DNA of 63,885 nt from Geosiphon pyriformis uo1 (taxonomy: Eukaryota; Fungi; Glomeromycota). Position 1 is the first letter of the stretch; each line of letters begins with the position of its first letter. Of the stretch, positions 1 through 11,648 are shown one piece after another. A program made the translations under genes and the position numbers. The notes under the pieces were generated by a model. That model saw only the letters and a list, made by a program, of their open reading frames with translations. It was not told the DNA's origin and made no database searches. Location of the stretch: assembly GCA_016748015.1 (NCBI GenBank), contig JAAOMT010000009.1, positions 2,154,200-2,218,084 on the forward strand, in the 5' to 3' direction.

Positions 1-1330
1 CAGCTGCTGAGCTGGTTTTTCCAATTGCCAAATTTACAAGTTTTGTGCGATTGGCCTCTTCCATGGCCATTTCGTATCTTTTCACATGCTATATGGCAGA
101 GTTTAAATCTTCTGGCGCACGTGAGTGAACTTTTTTAATTAGTTTATCTTTTAGACCAGCAATAAATTGATTCAAGATTTGAGCATCAGAATAATAATTG
201 TTTGTTTCAAGTTGGCGAATTTGTCTGAGAAGTTTGTTGAATTTTCCAATATAAGTCATAACAGATTTGGAGGGTTCTTGTTTGATATTTCGAAAACGAT
301 TGTGAAGAGTGATGGAGGTATTATTGTCAGTGAACTGTTCAAGGAAGGCTGCTTTGAAAGTATTCCAATCATTGAATGGGGCAGCCAAGTTTTCAAACCA
401 TTCTCCTGCTGTTTCTTTGAGAAAGTAGGGAATTGTTCTTAATATTCTGGCAGCATTCCATCTATTTGCATCTCTAGCTTTAGTAACTTGGTTGAGTCAT
501 TTTTGGGGACTGGTCTCAATGTCTTCTCTATTAAATTCAGGGATTTTTGTGATGTATGTTGTCATTTTGTCTTTTTCATTTTCACTGTCTATTGATTCTT
601 CTTCAGATATTTCAGATTTGTTTTCTTCATTCACTGCTGTCTTAGAGTGTTCACTTTGATTTTCAGCTAGAAAGTCAAGGAGATTGGAACTAGTTTGAAG
701 AGGTTTTTGTTGTCTGATAAGACTTCTGAGTAATGTAAAATTTTTTGGTCTTGCAAATTGATTCAAGAGTGAATTAGGTGTTTGTGCTTGTGTAAATAAA
801 GCTGGAAAAGGTGTGATAGTAAGTGGAAGTTTTGAACTGGTTCTTTGTTCAAATGTTTGTAAATGTTTGGCAGTTGTTTTTAGTAGTATTGGAGTATTTG
901 GGGTGGTTTTTGAGTATTGCTTTAATTTGTTTTTGCCTTTGTTGCTTGTTTTTGTTTCTGATTCAAAATCAATAAAGTATTGAGACTGCACTAGATATGT
1001 TTCTTCACAGTATTTGATAATGTTAAAATTAAGTTCGTGAAAGTAAGTGGCAAGTATTTTGCTGTTAAGGTCTTCAGTTCCCAACTGTGAATAGTGTGCT
1101 AAATTATTGTAAAGGTTGCTTTTAACTTCTGAGATATTGTAATTTCCAAAAAAATAATTGTTGATACGGTTTTCAATGTATTAGTATACTGATTTCTTGA
1201 CAACTTCAATTCCATCTGGAATGTTGAATCTTTGCTTGCAGTGGGTGTAAATTGATTGGTAATACTTTAGAGTTGTTACATCTGGTGTGGTCGCTACTTT
1301 GAATTTTGTTGTTGCTGTGTTATTTCCATG
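1..1330 (-). pseudogene. gag of Gypsy-1, interrupted by point-mutation stops
   Basis: ORFs 497-1084 and 89-388 are in the same frame. The stops at 497 and 89 look like TGG>TGA and CAG>TAG changes. Retrotransposon gag capsid-like motif. Confidence 0.8.
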
Positions 1331-1341
1331 GGAGAGCACCA
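1324..1341 (-). promoter_or_regulatory. tRNA primer-binding site (TGGTGCTCTCCCATGGAA)
   Basis: Starts with TGG 2 nt after the LTR terminal CA, complementary to a tRNA 3' CCA end. Isoacceptor not determined. Confidence 0.8.
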
Positions 1342-1343
1342 AA

Positions 1344-2324
1344 TGTTACTAGAGATTTTTGGTCTCCTTTCTTGAATGTTGTTGATGCCTGTTTGCTGTG
1401 AATTCACGTTTCCAGGAAGTAGTTGGACCTCCAGTAACTGAATTTATCTTCAAATTATCTCCTATAATTTAAACTTGCTGGACTTATGAATGAAATAGCC
1501 AATTCCATGCCAGTTGCTTTATGTAATTATGTTGTAGTAAATGTCAACTCTTTCCCAGGAATTGCTTGTTTAGAAGCTCACTAAAAATGTGTAGTTACTT
1601 TGCTGTGAAAGTCAACTTTTCTACAGAAATCTTGTCTGTAGGCTACCTTAATGATTGTAATAAGAAAAGAAAAAAAAAATAAAAGAAATGTAAAAGAAAT
1701 AGGATTTTATCAAGAGAAACGTTTTTCTATTCAGGCCTGGAGTCACTAACAGTTTACTGAAATTGGTAGCTAATCAATTTCAAAACGTTAGTTGGGTTTT
1801 GGAAATTTTTTAAGTGCAATAATTAAAAAATTTGGTTTTTTGAATTATTTGATATTTATTTTTTTTTGTGTATGTAGGAATGGTTTTAAGTAATAAATCT
1901 AAAGTAAGATACATTTTCTTGAAGAGAGATGCTCTTCTTTTATACAACTTGTCATAACACTATTCTATGAACTTGAACTTTGCTATTTTCTACAATTTCA
2001 CTGAACTAAAGATACATTTCGGCGAACTACAAGTTATTTCTGTGAACTATTAGATATTTTGGTGAACTATCAATTATTTTGGTGAATTTCTACAAATTTT
2101 GGCAAACTTTTGAATGTTACATAGTTTGGGGTATTGTATGATTGATCATCACAATTAGGTTACATTTGTGTTGTGTACAAATTGGGTTATTAATTTAAAT
2201 GATAATTTTGGACATTTTGCTAATGTAATAAGTGATAATTTGAAATGATAATATATGCTAATTAATGATAGGATTTATAAAATAATTTCATGCTAAATAA
2301 TATCTTTAATTTTGTCTGGTAACA
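1344..2324 (-). repeat. 5' LTR of Gypsy-1 (981 bp)
   Basis: TGTTAC/GTAACA inverted termini; TATA-like tgtataaaa at ~1937-1945; PBS immediately downstream on the minus strand. Confidence 0.85.
1995..2110. repeat. ~20-21 bp tandem array (6 units, core ATTT(C/T)GGTGAACT) in LTR U3
   Basis: atttcactgaact / atttcggcgaact / atttctgtgaact / attttggtgaact / attttggtgaatt / attttggcaaact, separated by 7-8 variable bases. Confidence 0.85.
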
Positions 2325-5300
2325 GTGTTAATAAGACTAGATTTTAAAAAACTATTAGTAAATAAAAAAATGCCCAAGTATTTATAAAATTTATTTTTCT
2401 TAGCAATAGAAATGTTTGATCTACTAATTAACAACTAAGAAACTTTTACTCTTTAAAAAATAGATATAGCCACCATCTTATTTATATTAATTAAAATATT
2501 ATTGATTCGAAAAAATTCACTAATTATATCCAAAATACACTAAGTAGTAAACATGTCATTTCCAATTCAAATTATGTTATTCACAAAAGCTCTTACTGCC
2601 AAAAAAAATATTATGCCACTTCTATAACTTTGCTTGCCAGTCTGCATGAAAAATTTTGAATTCAGCTTGTAGCCAAACAAACTTTCATGCCTTTTAACTT
2701 TGCAGACAAGAAATTATAAAAATTTTTTTACAATAAAAACAAAAAAACTTTACTTTAATCTAGTCTATTATAAACAGTATACCCATCTATAAGCTCAAAA
2801 TTTGTTATTACCTGGTTGATTTAATTATTGTGCATACTTTCAAAAAACTTAATAAAATAGAAACACATTTTGATTTTAACCAAACTGTTTTTCAAATAAT
2901 ACCATCCAACAAAGTTATATGCTTTGTACATATCTTAAAAGACTAGTCACAGTTTTCTGTTCTTTTTCAATATATTTTTAACAATAGAACTAACAGCAAA
3001 GATTAGAGTTTGAGTAAATGTGTCTTTTAAAACCAAAAAATTATTATCACACAAGACATCAAAATTGCTATAGGCCAAAAAAATCTTAGATAAGATTTTT
3101 TAGACTGTTTTAATCAAAACTTTTAGCTTAATATTTGTAAAAGTTTCCTTCCAATTATATGACTTTGGTATTATCAAAATTCAGGCTTTTTTTTATTGTG
3201 TAAGAACTGTATCTAATACTAAACACATATTGAAAATATTTAACAAACCACCCAAAATCTGCTTATTATCATGTTTTTGGAGCTCATTAAAAATACCAAA
3301 TAAATCAGCAGTTTTTTTATCAGATAAATCTTTAACAATTTGTAAAAATTCATTAAACTTAATATTGCATATTACTTTTAAGAAAGCATTACTATCTATA
3401 TAACTTTAAGAAACATATTGATTAAACTAACAATTAGGCAAAATATTAAACATCACATGTTTTTTCATCTAACTTTCTATAATTATATCAATTGTAAATT
3501 TGATTTTATGTAACTCTAAAACCAGTTTATTATTAACTATCAGATAATTAAGTATTATTTTTTAAAATGGCTGATTCAAAACATTTTTAAACATTTTTTC
3601 TTTATTAAAACAAAAATTTTCTATATGTTTGTTTATAGCTTTTTTAATAAGATTATTTTTGACAATCTTAAATTCATAATACTTAGATTTACAGTATCTT
3701 TTCTTGATTCTTAACAGATAATACAGAATTTTTTTTAGACTATTATTATTATTAATCATAACATGTATCTTGATGGCTTTTTTTTTATTAATAGCAGCCC
3801 AAGTACCAATGAGATAATCAATTTTTGAATTATAATTCGAACCCAAACTTTTTATGATTTTGGCCACCAATAATTCCAGCTTTAAAAACTTTGATAACAG
3901 CTTATTTTTTGAACAATTGAACTTATAGAACCAAAGTCTGGAAAATACATTATTAATAGAGTTAACTACCACTTTTTTTAGAATTTTTCATATTGTATTC
4001 AGATCATTACAACTTTTCACATTATTAAAGTCTACTATTATTTCTAAAAATCTGTTTAATAAATACTTCTTAAACTGTATCTATTTATTGACATTAGTAT
4101 TCTTGATTTTAAACTTTTATCTGTTTTTATTAGCCTGTTTATGAACATTATTAAGATAAACATTCAAAAAACCATTTAAGCCAATTGTAATTAAAACTGC
4201 TTTGTAATTAATATTAAAAAAATCAAACACAAAGTTAACTTTATGACCAGTAAGTACAAATACCAAATTCTAATTTACAAAAATAAAATCAATAATCTTT
4301 TTAATGCTCTTAAAATTACTTCAAATAAAAGCTTTGACCAAAGAATATTCACAAAATAAGTTGATTAAACCTAAATTCACACAAAATTTGAAACTCACAC
4401 TTTTTTTTGAACTATCTTTATTGAAGTCTTCATTTAATACCACAAAAGTACTAGAGTTAACTGTCTTAACAATAAAAAAATTGACTTTTAATGTTTAACC
4501 AAATCTTACTTTGATAGAAACATTAGTATACAAATCTAAGATCAACTGATAATTTTTTTTAAACAAAAATCTTACTAAAATAATCCGACCAGAAATTTCT
4601 TTTATCTTAGAAATATGTTAAGCCAGAAAATTGTTCACAATAATAGTCATTCTAATACCAAAAAAATCTTTATCCAAATCAGATATAAAAATCCACATCC
4701 CATCAAATTTGTTCAATATTCAGGATCTAATACTAGACTTTAATTTTGTTACTATGATAATTAAAATTATATTATCTAAGTTTACATGTTAACAAACAAT
4801 GTCTTTTTGCTTTACAAAGATATTAAAACCTCAAACATTACATATAGCAAACTTTTAAGCTAAATTAGTTATTAAGATAAAGAAGACATTAAAAAATTCA
4901 AGCCAGTATATAACAGATCCAACCTCACCAAAATTAAACTAACAGAAACTTTAAAAACCACTATTTTAGATTTTAATTTATCTATCTTTATGGTTAAAAC
5001 CTTCAAACTGTTTAAATCTAAATTTAAAATTATATTATTTGCAATTGAAAAAAAAGAAGTAAGTAGCTCAAATTAGCTGTTTAAAGCCATATTCAAATTT
5101 GATTCCAAATTTGGAAAAACAGATACACCAGAAAAAAAAAACTAAAAAGTAAGTATTAGGTTTATACTGCTTAATTTTTACATAATATTTAATACTTGAT
5201 CACCCAAAACCTTTACAAAACATTTCAAAAAAACCAAGTAAGCACTAATAAATGAATTATCTTAAGCAATTATAGGACTTTTTTTAACATATAATATACT

Positions 5301-6570
5301 AAAAAAAAAATTCAAAACCAAAACTGAGATAAGTATTATTAGAAATAACAGCAAGTAAAACTATTTATATCCAAGATTTGTCACCAAAAGCAGCAGAATA
5401 AAAGATAGAAACACTTTTTTTTATATATAATTTGGCCAACTAAAGACAATTTGCACCTGAAACAATCTTTTTAAATGTTCTTAAAAATTTAGAAATAAAT
5501 ACATTTGGTGTATTATATTCTAAAGCAGAATGTTCAAACTTTCTACACTTTTTGCACCAAACCAAATTTATCTTAGCCCAAAATAGTTTTATATCACCAA
5601 AAATTGGCTCTGTATAAAAAGCAAACTCCAGTTTCTTATTTAATTCAAAACCAATTATAACACAGTAAAATTAGTTGTTAGTATTAAGTAAGTGATTAAT
5701 AATACAAGTTTTTTCACCAGTTTTCTCTAATATATTACTAAGATTATAAGCAGTTGTTCTTACAGACAAAATAAACAAAAATGCTCTAAAATAATCCTTA
5801 GATATTCAAGTTTTACAATCTCTTATAGTCTTCTACCATAGTCTAATTAATTGTAATTAAATTAACATTATCTTATTAAACTTAGCTATTGTGATAACAT
5901 CCATTTTTTTTTATATATTTATGAGAATTTCTTTAATTACTACCATCCAATTTGACTTAATTTCTTGTTTTTTAAAATTGTTATTTACCTTGATTTCTTT
6001 TTTCTTAGCCAATAATACAGCTTTGTTCATGTTTTTCTCTAATATAAATATAAATCTAATAATTTTTTCAAATTTTGAAAGAGTAATAGCCCTCTCAAAA
6101 CTATTAATTGATAAAAACATTTTTTTAATTACTTAAGTTTTTGCAATAACCAATTTTTTTTTACTACAAAAAAATTAATACCAAGAGTAAAAAATTTTTT
6201 AACAAATATTTCAATTTGAGTTTTTACTATTTTTGAGTTAATTCATTTTTTGTTTAAAAAAATGTTAAATGAGAAAGTAAAAAATTCTTTATTTTTATCT
6301 ATGCTATAATCAATTATACTAATAAGAGAACCACATTCCAGATTAATATCTGTTTTTTTTGCTTTAAGAATATTTACTGCTGAACCAAAAGAAAAGCCAC
6401 TATTAATATCTAAAAACATACTATAATTTTTACTATTATTAGATATACTGTTTTTATTCAAGTATATATTATTATTAATATTAGATTAAATTAGAGAGAT
6501 ATCTTTTTTATTACCAGAATACTTAATATTGCCAACTAAAATCTTTTTTTTAAAAAAAAAAATCTTTAAC
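2325..6570 (-). mobile_element. LINE-A, heavily eroded (ORF1, APE and RT remnants)
   Basis: Fragment ORFs 3562-3972, 5911-6120 and 6243-6461 align to ORF2/ORF1 of LINE-B. Cut by Gypsy-1 at 2324 and by LINE-B at 6571-6583. Confidence 0.85.
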
Positions 6571-6743
6571 AAGACTGTAAAAAAAAACTTAAAAACTTCT
6601 TTCTCTTTTATATCCACAAATCCTCAAAAAGTGCTTTTCTGAAGAAGTTTTTTATTTTTTTATTTTTTTCTTGTTAGTATTTCACAATTTCTCTTTCTAA
6701 TAACCCCTTTTTTGTAAACTTGGAGGCTGTTTCTAATAGCAAC

Positions 6744-8606
6744 ATGTCTAAAAAAAAGGCACCAAAGAGTGCTTTTCATGGTTCTGCAGGTGGCTCTTTC
6801 TCACAGAAAAAAAAAGTTGTGCTTAGGAATATTAAACACTTTGGTAATAAAAAAGATATCTCTTTAAACAAGTTTGAGCTTGGTGACAATGTGTTTTCTA
6901 ATGTAGATAGTCTGTTTGATGATGAAAGAGGTACTAATATGACTGGTATCAATGTTGGATCTCTTCTGGGTTCGGCTGCCAATACTCTTAAATCAAAGCA
7001 TGTTAATACTGGTGCTGTTTTTGGTTCCTTACTTGGTTTTCCTAACTTTGACATAGATAATGATAAAGAAGTATCTCTTTCTTCTTACCTCTCAATTTCT
7101 TTGGATAAAAATTGGGTTGATCCCAAAATTATCAAGACTCAGATGGAGGTCTTAGTTAGGAAATTATTTGTTTTGGATGTTAATCTCTTAGCTGTGAAAG
7201 GGAAATCAGCAATGGCAAAAACCCAACTCATCAAAAAATTTTTTTCAACAATCAATGGTTTTGGAAGGACCATTATCTCCTCAAAATTTGAAAAGATTAT
7301 CTGATCGACATTTACTTCTGAGAAGAGCTTAATTAAGGCTACAGCATTGGCCAAAGAGAAGAGAATCATCATAAACAGTGATCTCAAGAAACAAAGAATT
7401 CATTCAGATCAGGCCATAGTAATCAAAAAAATTCTCATGGATACACCAAAGAAGATGATCATTGCTGCAATATCTGAGTTTGGTGATATTAAGTTAATCA
7501 AAATTCAGCTAATTGGGATGTGGCAAAAGGCTGTAATAAAATCCACCAAATTGGAGCAGACAAAACAACTTGCATCAAGATGGTCTTTCCTCATTGGGAA
7601 GGACTTAGTGCATGTGGCTATGGCTGTGAAAGATCGGAATACTTGAATGTTTAGGGATTGCTTTAGAGCATTTTTGTTTACTCTGCTTGTAGGAACAATA
7701 ACTTATGATTTAGAGATTTTGTTAGAAAAGGCTAGTGGAAAAACATATGTTATTAATTACTCTCTTGTTACTGGCAACCAGGTTTGTTGTGCTGTAGTTG
7801 GTTTCAATTCAGATAAGAACCTGGAATCTGTATTTTACACAAAGCCAATTTTTGGTGGTGTCAGACTTTCATGGACTAGGATGAATTTGGTTTGTTGTAA
7901 AAGATATGGCCATTTTGGGTATTCTGCTCTTGAGTGTGATTCCTCAGATGTGTTAGTCCTATCCTTCCAAAAATCTTATAAAAAAGTTGTCTTGGAAGAA
8001 ATCCATCTTTAGCTTGCTAGATTGTATGTTAAAAAATGTGTTCCAATTTCTTGTTCTACTGTCTTTGGTGGCAAGTTTTGGGCTCAAATAGTTTTACTCA
8101 AGTCGGTCTTAGATGGTTCTTCTTTTGGTTCTGGTTCTGGTTCTGGTTTTGGTTCCTCTCCAACTGGCACCTATAGTTTGGGTGGTGATCCCCTCCTTGT
8201 TTTGGCTAATAATTCAGCTTTGAATGATTGGTTGGTCTCTTTGAAATGTTTCTTAGAGCTCTTAGTAGATCAAGTTTCTGGTATTGTGCAAAAATTAAGT
8301 GGCATGAAATTGGTGCCTCTGGCTCCCTTTTTTTATCCTAGTGTTTCAGCTATTCCAATGACTGTCAATTTGGATTTGGGCCAAAACATGGTTTTGAATA
8401 GTTCTGAATTAATCTCTTTATTTCCTTCTCATGTTGTTTCTGATGTTTTAGCTTTGGATCCTAATAGTTCAAAAGTTTTAACAGCCAAGGTGGGCAGTTT
8501 GGAGTCAAAATTTGTGGCTCTTGAGGCCTCTGTAAATTCAGTTTTGGTGAAGTTAGATCAGTTGTGTGCTGGCTTGAGTTCTCTAATGTCTTCTTTGTCC
8601 CAATGA
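6744..8606 (+). pseudogene. LINE-B ORF1 (RRM-like region, CCHC knuckle remnant, C-terminal coiled coil)
   Basis: In-frame pieces 6720-7304, 7347-7646, 7647-8012 and 8022-8606 broken only by point stops; CKRYGHFGYSALEC knuckle remnant. Confidence 0.85.
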
Positions 8607-10095
8607 ATAATCTGGTTTGGAAAATTTCTATGTGCAATGTTCATGGCATTAATGTTCTAGCTAAGCAAAATAACATTGTGCATTAGCATGTAAATTTGGG
8701 TAACATAATTTCAATTGTCACAGAGATAAAGTTAAGGCCTAGCATTAGACCTTAGATTATGAACAAATTTAAGAGAGTGCAAATTTTTTCTTTTGGTTTA
8801 GACAAGAGTTTTCTTGGTGCCAGAGTGGCTATTATTATGAACAATTCTTTGAAGAAGTTTTTAGACAAATTATTTCTATTAGGCTTTTGTTCAAGGAGAA
8901 GTTATCTGTTACAATTTTGGGATTATATGCTGATGCATTTGCTAAGGCAAGATATGGTCAAGTGTCTAAGATTAATTTTTTTATTGTCAAAGCTGACAAT
9001 TCCAGTGCTTTTGTGGTAATGAGTAAAAATTTCAATGAAAATAATACTAAAAGGAGTGCAAATTTCAAGTTTTGCATGGATCTGGGATTGGTCAACTCTT
9101 TTTATAAATATTCATTAGCCAAGTCATGTATTTGGAGCAATTCTAAAAGCATAGACAAGATCATTGACTTCATTTTTGTTACTCATGGTCTGGCATCTGC
9201 TGTTGCTGGCCATAAAGTGGAGCCAGTTTTTGAATTTTTTGATACTAATCACAAAGCAGTGTCAATAGTGGTTGGTTTGGGTGGTTTTCTGAATGTATGT
9301 CTTAACAGTGTACACAAACAAACAAACAGAAATAGATGGAAATTCCAAATTAAGAATGTTAATAATAAGAATTGGTCGCAATTTAAAAGTTGTTCTTTGA
9401 ACATATTTTTGGAGAGGATGGACATTTTCAATAGTGCTAAGTGTCATGGAAATTTGGACTTAATGTAGAAGATTCTGAAGAAGGTGGTGGTGGTTTCTGC
9501 TGATAAGGTTTTTTCTAAGTTGTGGTTTTCTGAATCTGATGTCTCAGTAAATAAACAGTCATTAAAGTTTGTTAGATTTGAATTGTTAGTGGCAAAGCTA
9601 GTAAAAAACATAAGCTCTAATCAAGTTTTGAGGACTGCTTGTCTTATCAACACATGGGCTGCCATTGATGAAGAAGAAGCTGTTAAAGTTCGTGGTCTGA
9701 TTGAGAGTGGTGTTTGTTCTGGTGTTGTCTTATATCATCTGTCAAGTGTCAAGAAAAGTTATTATAAGTCTAAATACTATGAATTCAAGACTGCCAGAGA
9801 TAATTCCATTAAGAAAGCTATTGACAAATGAATGGAAAATTTTTGTTCTGATAAAGATAGAATGATTAGAAGTGTCCTGAATTGCTCTATTTGAAAAGTA
9901 ATACTTGATCATTTGGTAATAGATGACAAGCTTATTTTGGAATCTCAGATGGTCAAATTAATAGTTGATAATATCATAAAAGGATGAACAAAGAAGCATT
10001 TGGTGTCTAGTTTCACTTTGCTGTTACTCCTAGAATATAGAAAATATAGTATTATTAGTCAGTAGATATTAGCCAATCAGATGTAGACGTAGTAA

Positions 10096-10265
10096 ATGTG
10101 GAATTCCAAGATTTCTCTCAGAGGAATTGCAAGATTCTAAGAATTTTAGAATTCTCCAACAAGGAATTGCAGGATTCCAGAATTCCAGGATTCCTCTCAT
10201 TAGGAATTGCAGGATTCCAGGAATTCCAGAATTCCTGTCACAAGGAATTAAAGAATTGAGGAATC
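10096..10265. repeat. GGAATTCC/GGATTCC-rich degenerate tandem array in LTR U3 (mirror copy at ~11430-11580)
   Basis: Repeated 8-9 bp units (ggaattgca, ggattcca, gaattcca) upstream of tatgtatatatag. Confidence 0.85.
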
Positions 10266-10555
10266 TCAAATATGTATATATAGCAGTAGCGTTAGAAGCA
10301 GAAAAAACAGAATTGACATTAGGAATTCTTAGCTTAGTTACTACAATCCTCAAATAAATAATTATTCATTATATCAAATTTATTCTTCACTATTAACACT
10401 TTATGTTGATAGTAACTGATACTTAACCATACTGGAATAATAGCTCTTGATCATGGCTATTGACAGGATACTAACTTGCAAATCACCTTGGCTTATTTCT
10501 TATTTTTTCTTTTATCTTTCTTTATTTCTTGGTGTCTACTAACTTGATTAAAGGA

Positions 10556-10680
10556 TTTACTCTTAGAGAACTTATGAAGAAATAAAACTTACTTAAAAAA
10601 TACTTACTCTTGGAGGACTTATGAAAGAATAAACTTGCTTAAACAATACTTACTCTTGGAAGACTTATGGAGGAATTGAC
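10556..10680. repeat. ~46-bp tandem repeat (about 2.7 copies) in LTR A
   Basis: ttactctt(a/g)ga..acttatg.a..aa occurs three times. Confidence 0.8.
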
Positions 10681-10682
10681 AT

Positions 10683-11648
10683 TGTTACAAATAATTATTT
10701 GGGGTCTTAAGTCAAATAACAAACCCATAACTTGGTGCTTAAAAGGCTGTTTGCATTTGATGGTAATCTGAAGGTTTTGTAGTCTGAAAATTTTGTTGGA
10801 GTCCTTTGTATAATGGACAGAGATTCAATAGTTATTTTATCTGTAGCTTCTCAAAATTGCAATTCTGTCAATTCTTTTCTTAGTGTGGTGGTCGGCAATC
10901 CTCTGGTAAGTATTTTGTATTTACTATATGTGTCTTACCCACTCACAGGGGTCTTTTACCAAGCAATCCTTAATATCAGTAATTCAGCACTTTTAATCTT
11001 TAATCAGTTAGTGCACAACAATAAAATCAAAAAGAAAGAAAATAAAGCAAATAAGAAAATAAAGAAAATAAGAAAATAATCCAAGGCAATATGCAAGTTA
11101 GTATTTGTTAATAGCCATGATCAAAAGCTATTGTTCCAGTATGGTCAAGTATCAATTACTATCAACATAAAGTGTTGATAGTAGAGAGTGGATTTGAGAT
11201 ATGAAATAATTATTTATTTGATAATTGTGAATTGAAAGGTTGTTTAGATGAAATCTAAACTGGAAGATCTTACTAAAGGATTCTCTTTTTTTTTTTTGTA
11301 ATTTTAATAATTATGATTTTGCGAGTTTAATTGATTTTATGAGTCTAATTGACTTTATGAATCAATTGACTCTAAGTCCCATTTTCTAATTTTCTAACTT
11401 CTAATACTACTGCTATATATACATATTTGAGATTCCTCAATTTCTCAATTTTTCATGTCAGGAATCCTGGAATTCCTGGAATTCTGCAATTCTTTTGAGA
11501 GGAATCCTGGAATTCTGGAATCCTGTGATTCTTCGTGTGAGAATCCTGCAATTCCTCTGAGAGGAATTCTGGAATTCCACATTTACTACGTCTATCTATG
11601 ATTGGCTAATTTATATGCTAATATACTTTCTATATTTTATGAGTAACA
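10683..11648 (-). mobile_element. solo LTR B (966 bp), related family, antisense inside LTR A
   Basis: Exact 4-bp TSD ACAT at 10679-10682 and 11649-11652. Its reverse complement aligns to both halves of LTR A. Confidence 0.92.

Larger units (their letters stand above)
1..2324 (-). mobile_element. Ty3/Gypsy LTR retrotransposon 1, 5' part (5' LTR, PBS, gag); runs off the left edge; inserted into LINE-A
   Basis: Minus strand reads LTR TGTTAC(2324)...GTAACA(1344), then tt, then PBS TGGTGCTCTCCC, then a retrotransposon-gag-like frame (WNTFKAAFLEQF...QILNQFIAGL). LINE RT sequence (YKYLGIFL) resumes at 2325. Confidence 0.88.

Noticed and set aside
1995-2110. CRISPR-like repeat/spacer pattern
   Set aside because: Units are ~13-bp degenerate cores with 7-8 bp spacers inside a eukaryotic LTR, and there are no cas genes.
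1656-2121. Shorter TGTAA...TTACA LTR boundary
   Set aside because: No PBS follows it; the 1344-2324 boundaries have both a PBS and a clean junction with LINE-A.
10069-10357. ORFs on both strands with repeated GIP/RNC motifs
   Set aside because: Translation of the GGAATTCC array in the LTR.
10022-11648. Foldback/Mutator-like DNA transposon or DIRS element with long terminal inverted repeats
   Set aside because: The ACAT TSD and alignment of both LTR halves show two nested solo LTRs instead.
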